A stretch of 64,000 nt of DNA from the IMG/VR virus record IMGVR_UViG_3300012259_000001, positions 62,001 through 126,000 of that record, one strand, 5' to 3'. A program made the position numbers and the translations under genes. Each line of letters begins with the position of its first letter. The stretch's first letter is position 1. Under the pieces are notes generated by a model. That model ran no database searches. It was given only the letters and a program-made list of their open reading frames with translations, and was not told the DNA's origin. The DNA comes from an uncultured virus (IMG/VR IMGVR_UViG_3300012259_000001). Its lineage: Duplodnaviria > Heunggongvirae > Uroviricota > Caudoviricetes. Below are positions 57,355 through 64,000 of the stretch, one piece after another.

Positions 57355-58681
57355 TTCCTTAATCAACGCTGTGCGGGAGGTGACGGACAGCCGTACGCCA
57401 CTTCCCCAGTATCGCTACAGTTGTAGTGTGCGCTTACCGGACGGTCGTGAATTGGTGCCGTTGCGGGTGGTGTCTACTGACATTGCTCGCGACTACCTTA
57501 AGACCTTTGCCGATGAGTCGTATATCACAATCGTCTTTGGGGTGGGGACGTACAGCAAATACATCTATCCCAATAAAGAGCGGTTGTCGGTTCAGCTCAC
57601 TCGTGAAGTCATTGGGGATCACAGTACAGCTGATGATGAACCGATCATCACCCGAGAGTACAAAGCCGTCCTCTGCGAAACCAAGGACATTGCGGCCGCT
57701 TCAGGTTCGGGCATTCTGGATAACGTTGAGGTCGCTGACTCAGCCAACGTTGCCAATGTACGCCTACAGTTGATCGATCGATCGGTTGAGTGGTTGCGGT
57801 CTGTTTCAGTAGGCGGGAGTTTCCGTAAACGTACGGCAGCAGATCTTCTATTGACACTACTGACGGTCAAGACCCAAGAGATTCCCCGTGAAGTGGTGGG
57901 TACTCAAGGACGTGTGGACATGGTGCCACCAGACAACCTTGAGCCTCGTGACCACATTGTAGTGCCTCACGGTAAGCCGTTGGTGGAATTGGCTGATTTC
58001 CTTCAAGAAGAGTGTGGGGGGATTTATAACACCGGGTTGGGTATTTACTTACTGGCAGGTGACTGGTATGTATGGCCAGCACTTAACACCAAGCGTTTTG
58101 ACCAAAGTCCTCGTGGACTCACGGTCATTAACGTACCAGAAGAGAAGATGCCGAGTATCGAACGGACGTGGCTGACTAAAGGGAATCAATTGATTGTCTT
58201 GTCGACGGGTCGCACGGACATTACCGATACTTCAGATAAAGCAAAGCTGGACAAGGGGATTGGTATTCGGTTCAACGACGCCAAAGGTCTCTTAGACAGT
58301 TTTGTACACACTGTCGGTAACGTAGCTAAAGCCTCTCGAGGCAAGAACGTTACGGAGGTGTTGATTGATCAAGCAGTGGAGGGATTGGCACACGTCACAC
58401 GTGGGGCCAAAGCAACCAGTAACTTGTTTGCTGAGTTGTCTAAGACGGTCTTTCGCAAGGGCAACAATGTAACTGCCACGTGGGAGAACTCTGATCACAC
58501 CCTGCTTTACCCTGGCATGCCTGTACGTTTCATGTACGAGCATGAAAACCAAGTCCGCATTCGTTATGGTGTTTTGGTGGGAGATCAACACTTTATCTCG
58601 ATGGAAGGTAAAGGTGGCACGAGCCAGCGGTTTAAATCCAACACGGCGCTGTATTTATTCCTGGATAAGGAAGAGGAGTAA
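57341..58681 (+). CDS. virion structural protein (positional gp101-like, tail/baseplate)
   Basis: GTG 57341 with GGAGG SD; GGIYNTGLGIY, LYPGMPV. Confidence 0.65.
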   Translation: MLENSSLINAVREVTDSRTPLPQYRYSCSVRLPDGRELVPLRVVSTDIARDYLKTFADESYITIVFGVGTYSKYIYPNKERLSVQLTREVIGDHSTADDEPIITREYKAVLCETKDIAAASGSGILDNVEVADSANVANVRLQLIDRSVEWLRSVSVGGSFRKRTAADLLLTLLTVKTQEIPREVVGTQGRVDMVPPDNLEPRDHIVVPHGKPLVELADFLQEECGGIYNTGLGIYLLAGDWYVWPALNTKRFDQSPRGLTVINVPEEKMPSIERTWLTKGNQLIVLSTGRTDITDTSDKAKLDKGIGIRFNDAKGLLDSFVHTVGNVAKASRGKNVTEVLIDQAVEGLAHVTRGAKATSNLFAELSKTVFRKGNNVTATWENSDHTLLYPGMPVRFMYEHENQVRIRYGVLVGDQHFISMEGKGGTSQRFKSNTALYLFLDKEEE

Positions 58682-58683
58682 CG

Positions 58684-59286
58684 ATGTTCATTGTGTTTGA
58701 AGGCGGGGAAGGATGTGGCAAGACCACACTGCGGCGGGCCGTAGGGGAGCGTCTGGAAGCAATGGGGTACAAAGTCACGTACACACGTGAGCCTGGTGGG
58801 ACGCCGTTGGCCGAAGAGATTCGAGCGCTGGTGCTGGCTCACCGTGAAGAACGCGTGGACGTCATGACGGAAGCACTACTGTTCTTTGCAGCCCGTCGTC
58901 AACACGTTGAACGAGTCATTAAGCCTCGCTTGGGTGAAGGTCACATCGTTCTGTGCGACCGTTTCATCGATTCGACCTATGCACTCCAGTGTCGTGGTGG
59001 TGAGCTTTCTCGTCACACGTTCAACGCGTTGGTCAAGACTACGCTCGATAACTTTCGTCCAGACCTGACCGTAGTGATCGATATTGATCCCGAAGTCTCC
59101 TTCAAAGGGGTGCGGGAACGTGGGGCACTGGACCGGATGGAAGCCAAAGGGTTGGAATACCACCAACGGGTGCGTGAAGGCTTCTTGGATCAGATCGCCG
59201 CAGATCCTAGTCGGTACTACCTGATGTCGGGTCATCGCGACTTGAACAAGATGGTTGATGAAGTCATCAACCGTTCTGGCTTGTGA
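58684..59286 (+). CDS. tmk: thymidylate kinase
   Basis: FIVFEGGEGCGKTT, TREPGGT, LLFFAARRQH, CDRFIDST, PDL, DRME. Confidence 0.93.
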   Translation: MFIVFEGGEGCGKTTLRRAVGERLEAMGYKVTYTREPGGTPLAEEIRALVLAHREERVDVMTEALLFFAARRQHVERVIKPRLGEGHIVLCDRFIDSTYALQCRGGELSRHTFNALVKTTLDNFRPDLTVVIDIDPEVSFKGVRERGALDRMEAKGLEYHQRVREGFLDQIAADPSRYYLMSGHRDLNKMVDEVINRSGL

Positions 59287-59288
59287 CT

Positions 59289-59330
59289 GCATAAAAGCCT
59301 ACAGGGAGGCTCACGCCTCCCTGTATGCCG
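59289..59330. terminator. bidirectional terminator
   Basis: GCATAAAAGCC-TACAGGGAGGC-TCAC-GCCTCCCTGTA-TGCCG. Confidence 0.75.
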
Positions 59331-59338
59331 TTTGCTAC

Positions 59339-59857
59339 TTAGTACTCAAAACCATTCAGGTCTTGGTTCGGCAGTACGCTGCTCAGCTCAACCGGCGGAG
59401 CCTCGTAAGCCAGGACGGTGATCTCTACGGAACCGATATAGCCGTAGCTACCGTCGATAGCCTGAAGAGTCAGGACCTGAGAGGTTACGCCTTCTTCGAA
59501 AGCAGGGATCTCGGCGACGGTGAATTCGACTTCACTGTCAGAGACCAGCAGCTGACCAACAACGTCGGCTTTGACGTCAGCCAGAGTGGTGGTCTCACCC
59601 AGTTGAATTTCGATCGGAGCTACCGGAAGACCAGCCAGATCCAGACGGGTGTAACGATGAGTCTGAGAACCCACCATACCACTGCCCGGTTGAGCACTGA
59701 CCACGATCTGGGTGTTGCGTGGATTGACCCCCGTCTCATCCACGAATACCGCAGGTGCACCGATCGAGATCTGCTCAAGAGTGAACGCTTGGGCGTTGTC
59801 CGCATTGACCAGAGCCAGAATGTTTTCAATACCGCTTTTCAGGATATCGTATTTCAT
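59339..59857 (-). CDS. putative virion structural (beta-rich) protein
   Basis: 172 aa; RNTQI..YTRLDL, S.GYIG; TATGGTATG motif upstream on the minus strand. Confidence 0.6.
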   Translation of the reverse strand: MKYDILKSGIENILALVNADNAQAFTLEQISIGAPAVFVDETGVNPRNTQIVVSAQPGSGMVGSQTHRYTRLDLAGLPVAPIEIQLGETTTLADVKADVVGQLLVSDSEVEFTVAEIPAFEEGVTSQVLTLQAIDGSYGYIGSVEITVLAYEAPPVELSSVLPNQDLNGFEY

Positions 59858-60002
59858 GGTTTGTTTCCCCTTTGGTTTCCTACTGCCCATTTAAAGTGAG
59901 AGTACGTGTCCCCTCTCATACCATACCTGAAACCCGCAGTCGGTAATTAAACACATTTGAGACATACATTATAAAAGTGACTCTGCTACTGGGTGTTGTA
60001 TC

Positions 60003-60494
60003 ATGTTGGTGACTGTTGATGTATCGGACCTACATTTGGGATCTAATCATCTGTTTCGTCTACTAGAACCTTACCTGCTTGATTGTGCCCTGAACTACTG
60101 CGCCAGCTACCGTTATATGGAGTATGAGAAATTCCATACCGAGATGATTGAATACCTCTTTGACGGTACGCTTTGGGATGAGGACTACAATGACGACATC
60201 GTGGTGATGGATCGTATTAACGACCTTGAAGAACACGAGTTCAATTCGTTGGTGATGTTGAGCTATTCGGTGTACTTAAGGGTCATTCAGTACTTCTCTC
60301 ACATTTGGAAGATTCAGCCATTAAAGGAGTCGGTCTTGGTCATGTACCAAGGGCAACTCAAAGACTACCGTTTGATTCAGGTGGAGATCGAACTCGATGT
60401 CCCTGATCACCTGATCAGTGCGGTGCACAATCAACAACAACTTCGTCGTAAACGTAAAACCCCAAACTTAACCTACATTCCTCAAGGAATCTGA
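60003..60494 (+). CDS. hypothetical protein
   Basis: 163 aa, preceded by early-like TACATTAT..AGTGA (59965-59980). Confidence 0.65.
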   Translation: MLVTVDVSDLHLGSNHLFRLLEPYLLDCALNYCASYRYMEYEKFHTEMIEYLFDGTLWDEDYNDDIVVMDRINDLEEHEFNSLVMLSYSVYLRVIQYFSHIWKIQPLKESVLVMYQGQLKDYRLIQVEIELDVPDHLISAVHNQQQLRRKRKTPNLTYIPQGI

Positions 60495-60495
60495 G

Positions 60496-61107
60496 ATGTT
60501 TAAACTGATCGAAGACCGCATCAATGGTGAAAGCCGTTTCTCCCAAATCCGTGGGAGTTACCTTGGTAATGGCGAACTCGACGCCGAAGTTTTAGCCGAG
60601 GTAGGTGACCTTATCAACAATGGGGCGACTGGCTTTGTATTGGCTTGGCATCCTGTCAACGATAACAGTGAGGATGTGATTCAGTATGCTCGCATTCTCC
60701 AAATCCCTCAACCCCGAGTCATGCGCACTGTGGTTATCGAAGGGGTAGATGGTGTCCCGGTGACCGTCTCACCAAACCTGTCCCCTGATGTCCGCTATGT
60801 AGTCATCGGGGATTTGTCTTTTTATGACGTTGCCGAATACACGGTGATGCGTAAGGAAGTCGAAGACATCTGTGTGAAGAACGCTCGCCCTCGTGCGTAC
60901 TTCTTGGACGGCGGTGAACTCTGTGACTACTTCACCCTGAATTACGCTGCTTTCGATGACAACAGTGTGTTGTACCCGACTGTCCCTAGCATCTGGATTG
61001 TCGACAGTGCAGGGCGCCATACCTGCCGTGCGTTTACACCAAACTTCCGTCCCGCAACTTTGGAAGACCTGGAGGACCTTGACGATGACGACAGTCACAC
61101 TGACTAA
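60496..61107 (+). CDS. hypothetical protein
   Basis: 203 aa, AAGGA SD. Confidence 0.7.
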   Translation: MFKLIEDRINGESRFSQIRGSYLGNGELDAEVLAEVGDLINNGATGFVLAWHPVNDNSEDVIQYARILQIPQPRVMRTVVIEGVDGVPVTVSPNLSPDVRYVVIGDLSFYDVAEYTVMRKEVEDICVKNARPRAYFLDGGELCDYFTLNYAAFDDNSVLYPTVPSIWIVDSAGRHTCRAFTPNFRPATLEDLEDLDDDDSHTD

Positions 61108-61351
61108 GTGCGGTTACCAAGACGCACCCATGGTGGTACTCACCTACCAGTTCGAGGAAGAGTTGTTCATCAAAGGGGTGTTGGAGCACCCTGACTTCCA
61201 CGTCCCTGAACAATACAACATTGACTTGGTCTTCTTTGAACGAGAAACCTACGGTTGGCCTGTTGAGATCGTGCGTCAGCGTGAAGACGGTCATGTCTAC
61301 AATGTGCGGATCGGTTATCTCGACCAAGACCCCGCCAATTTGAATTTGTAA
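61085..61351 (+). CDS. small hypothetical protein
   Basis: ATG 61085 with GGAGGA SD, inside track ORF 60956..61351. Confidence 0.6.
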   Translation: MTTVTLTKCGYQDAPMVVLTYQFEEELFIKGVLEHPDFHVPEQYNIDLVFFERETYGWPVEIVRQREDGHVYNVRIGYLDQDPANLNL

Positions 61352-61362
61352 GGAAGTAAACC

Positions 61363-61641
61363 ATGCGTGGTACCCAATGGAAAGCCTTTATCGACAAAGC
61401 CATCAACACGATGGAAAACCACCCGAAGGATGCAACCCTGTTGCAAAATTTGGGTGTGGACCGACTTGCGTCGCTGGCCTTGCGTGTAGTTGAAGTGTTT
61501 CCTCACTACCGTGACTCTCACCCGGAAACCACGCAACGGTTTTTGTCTCTGGTAAAAGAATGGCCGTTCCGCAGCCATATCGAATTCTTACCCCCCGAAA
61601 CCGTTCAGGCTTTGGTCGAAGAGTACAACTTGCAGTTATAA
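61363..61641 (+). CDS. small hypothetical protein
   Basis: 92 aa, AAGGA SD. Confidence 0.65.
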   Translation: MRGTQWKAFIDKAINTMENHPKDATLLQNLGVDRLASLALRVVEVFPHYRDSHPETTQRFLSLVKEWPFRSHIEFLPPETVQALVEEYNLQL

Positions 61642-61707
61642 AAAACTAGCAAGTCCCATACTGTGAGCAAAAGCCTTTAACCTTAACCTCCTCGAAGTAG
61701 TCAGACT

Positions 61708-61908
61708 ATGGCCGCTATTAAGACCATCGCATGTAAGCAACTGTACACCAAACTAGCCTGTAAGGGCTATCACGTTCAAGCCATCCTGCGATGTGTGGAG
61801 GAACTCACCCCCGTTGAAACTGAGCCGGTTGTGTTATTTAAACTGGATGACGTGGACAACTGGATTGTTGCTAACGCAAAAACCCCTACCCAACCCACAA
61901 GGAAATAA
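61708..61908 (+). CDS. small hypothetical protein
   Basis: 66 aa filling the gap; weak SD. Confidence 0.45.
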   Translation: MAAIKTIACKQLYTKLACKGYHVQAILRCVEELTPVETEPVVLFKLDDVDNWIVANAKTPTQPTRK

Positions 61909-61914
61909 CGACCT

Positions 61915-62796
61915 ATGTCGAAGAAAGAACTGATCCTCGTTCATCCCACCGCTCAGATCAATGACCTGTTCCCGAAAGAAGGCTTTGCTACCGGCACGGA
62001 CATGGCCCCGAACTTCGCCAACATCCAGCAACTGGAAGCCGCTCTCAATGAAGGGCTGGCCATCAAGCGCCGTGAGGCGGTCGAAGAAAACTCGGCCTAT
62101 CGTCACCTGCTCCCCTACGTCCAGATCTTCCGCGTGAACCCCGAAGGTGAACTCGAGGTCTTCGTCTACCAGCGTGTGAAAGGTAGCGGCGAAGAACGCC
62201 TGCTGGGCCGTCACTCCATCGGTCTGGGCGGTCACATCAACGTCAGCCATGCTCAGTTCTACGATGCCCACAGCAGCCTGAACCTCGGCATGACCATCAT
62301 GTACAACGTGATGGAAGAGCTGTGTGAAGAACTGACCCTCAACGGTCAGCCGATCATCCAAGCCCTGCTCGACGAAAACATCCGTGCTCAACCGAGCATC
62401 TACGGCTACCTGAACGACAACAGCGACCCGGTCGGTCAGCGTCATCTCGGCGTGACCATGCTGATGATGATCCCTTACGGTCTCGAGCCGGTTATGGGCG
62501 AATCCTCGGCTGTCGGCTTGGGCTTCATTGCACTGAGCAAGCTGCGCCAAACCCTGGATCAGTACAACTTCGAAAACTGGTCGAAGCTGTTGATCGAAGG
62601 TTTCGAAGACGGCTTCATCGAAGACCTGACTCAAGCCGGCATGGCGGCAGCTGTCCAGCTCGCCGAGTTCAAAGCCCAACAGGAAGAGGCCCTCAAAGCG
62701 CTGGTTGCTGTGGGTGGTGTTGAAGGCGTGCAAGAAACCCAAGAAACTGTTTCAGAAGAAGGCTGTTCGGCCGAGTGTCAAGCTGAACGTCTGTAA
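61915..62796 (+). CDS. Nudix-family phosphoesterase-like protein
   Basis: RR...EEN..YRHLLPYV, YQR..GEERL...SIGLGGHIN, EELCEEL, PVGQRHLG. Confidence 0.75.
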   Translation: MSKKELILVHPTAQINDLFPKEGFATGTDMAPNFANIQQLEAALNEGLAIKRREAVEENSAYRHLLPYVQIFRVNPEGELEVFVYQRVKGSGEERLLGRHSIGLGGHINVSHAQFYDAHSSLNLGMTIMYNVMEELCEELTLNGQPIIQALLDENIRAQPSIYGYLNDNSDPVGQRHLGVTMLMMIPYGLEPVMGESSAVGLGFIALSKLRQTLDQYNFENWSKLLIEGFEDGFIEDLTQAGMAAAVQLAEFKAQQEEALKALVAVGGVEGVQETQETVSEEGCSAECQAERL

Positions 62797-62810
62797 CCCG
62801 TAAACGTATC

Positions 62811-62842
62811 AGAGTGGGTCGAAAGGCTCACTCTGCTATGCC
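62811..62842 (+). terminator. hairpin + TATGCC
   Basis: AGAGTGGGTC-GAAA-GGCTCACTCT-GCTATGCC. Confidence 0.6.
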
Positions 62843-62850
62843 ATCAAGGA

Positions 62851-63825
62851 ATGAACATGAGCACCCCAAGCCTGATTCAACGCGCATTTAATGCGCTCTA
62901 CAATCTTAACAAACCCCATCGTAATAGCGTGTTGTTTATCAAAGTGAAAGCTGCGATTAAAGCTGATGGGTGTGCCTACGTTCGCCACAACGATCTAGGA
63001 GGTCGTCAACTCGGCCTTAGTTCGCAAATTCGCATGATTACAAGTGCGGACTACGATCGCAGTAAACGCGAAGAATCCTACGCAATATTCAACCCCTACA
63101 CTCACGAACGCAGTACCTTTACCTACACCGTGGAAGAGGTTCCCAAAGCCGCACTGTTGCACGCTGGTAACTTCAGGTATGTAGCCCTCACCCAAGGTGT
63201 GGACGAACGTCTGGCGGCATCCTACGCTGCCAAGGCGATGTCGTTACACCGAGTGGTTGAGTGGGTGGTAGGTACCAATGCCGATGGTGACCTTCTGACG
63301 CTTTATTCAGGTTCTCGTCCTTGTAACAGCGCCAGTCTTTCCCAAGGCAATATCATCAACTTCAATGTTTTGGATGCTGCAACCCTGAAGTTTAAACAGA
63401 TCATCCATTGGGACTACACCAAAGGTCATCTGTGGAATGCGGTGTTGAATCCTATCCCAATGGGGCGACCTTTACTCAGCCATTGGATCTTGACCAGTGA
63501 GCCTGAGAACAGTCTGTTTAACTGGACGTTCAAAACCCAACGTTACGTTGAACAAGACCATCTGAACCTGCGTAACCAGTGGGGCGAGCCTTGTATCGAA
63601 GGTTACAAATACGGTGATCTCGTAGCTACCCCTACTTGGGTGGGTATGGTTGTTGGTGAATGTACCTCTGAAAAAGAAGTCTGTTCACTTGTGATTGTTG
63701 ATTACCCAGGTCGTCGAGATGATGACGCTATTCGTTATTCCGTCCAACCGATCGAGAAAGTCTTTAGCCTAACCGATCTGGTAGAAGCTTCCGCCCAACC
63801 TACGCTTGCTGAAATAGCTACCTAA
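62851..63825 (+). CDS. hypothetical protein
   Basis: 324-aa ORF. Confidence 0.7.
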   Translation: MNMSTPSLIQRAFNALYNLNKPHRNSVLFIKVKAAIKADGCAYVRHNDLGGRQLGLSSQIRMITSADYDRSKREESYAIFNPYTHERSTFTYTVEEVPKAALLHAGNFRYVALTQGVDERLAASYAAKAMSLHRVVEWVVGTNADGDLLTLYSGSRPCNSASLSQGNIINFNVLDAATLKFKQIIHWDYTKGHLWNAVLNPIPMGRPLLSHWILTSEPENSLFNWTFKTQRYVEQDHLNLRNQWGEPCIEGYKYGDLVATPTWVGMVVGECTSEKEVCSLVIVDYPGRRDDDAIRYSVQPIEKVFSLTDLVEASAQPTLAEIAT

Positions 63826-63843
63826 CTTTGTAAGGATGACGTT

Positions 63844-64000
63844 ATGTCAGAACAAAAATACGATCAGTTCCGCACCTTCCTGACCACCGAAGCCCGTGAG
63901 ATCCTGTTTGTTAAACAAGAACCTGAAATCTGGGATCACTACTTTGGTGAACTCGGACCTTGTCCTGAAGGACACGTCCGTGTGTTTCACCTGACAGGCT
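63844..64000 (+). CDS. 5' part of hypothetical protein (truncated by window end)
   Basis: TAAGGA SD, ATG 63844, frame open to the end. Confidence 0.6.
   Translation, partial: MSEQKYDQFRTFLTTEAREILFVKQEPEIWDHYFGELGPCPEGHVRVFHLTG

Noticed and set aside
1..64000. CRISPR arrays, tRNAs, transposases, group I introns/homing endonucleases, inteins
   Set aside because: No repeat-spacer periodicity, cloverleaf, HNH/GIY-YIG/LAGLIDADG motif or interrupted core gene seen by eye; a tRNA or covariance scan was not run

Overview
This 64 kb window is the conserved core of a nucleus-forming, phiKZ-like jumbo phage (Chimalliviridae). All gene identities come from motif recognition and recalled phiKZ gene order; no database search was run. 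In phiKZ-like order it carries: the catalytic half of a split family-B DNA polymerase, chimallin (nuclear shell), four of the five non-virion RNA polymerase subunits, an SbcD/Mre11 nuclease, ChmC- and PicA/Imp1-like nucleus proteins, an SF2 helicase, a virion RNAP beta' subunit, the exonuclease half of the DNA polymerase, and a long head/baseplate block. Accessory genes include a CYTH enzyme, a macrodomain protein, a signal-peptide thermonuclease, a Tad1-like sponge, thymidylate kinase and a Nudix-like protein. No tRNA, rRNA, CRISPR array, intron or transposon was seen. The most notable non-obvious signals: (1) a likely programmed -1 frameshift at a T8 run (32560-32567) fusing a tail-chaperone-like gene pair; (2) a ~140-nt structured minus-strand transcription unit (34168-34306) carrying a 13-nt perfect complement of the 16S rRNA 3' end; (3) a second structured candidate ncRNA near 40.5 kb; (4) a CYTH enzyme whose N-terminus resembles the propeptide of an inner-head protein; (5) a window-wide hairpin+TATGCC motif.
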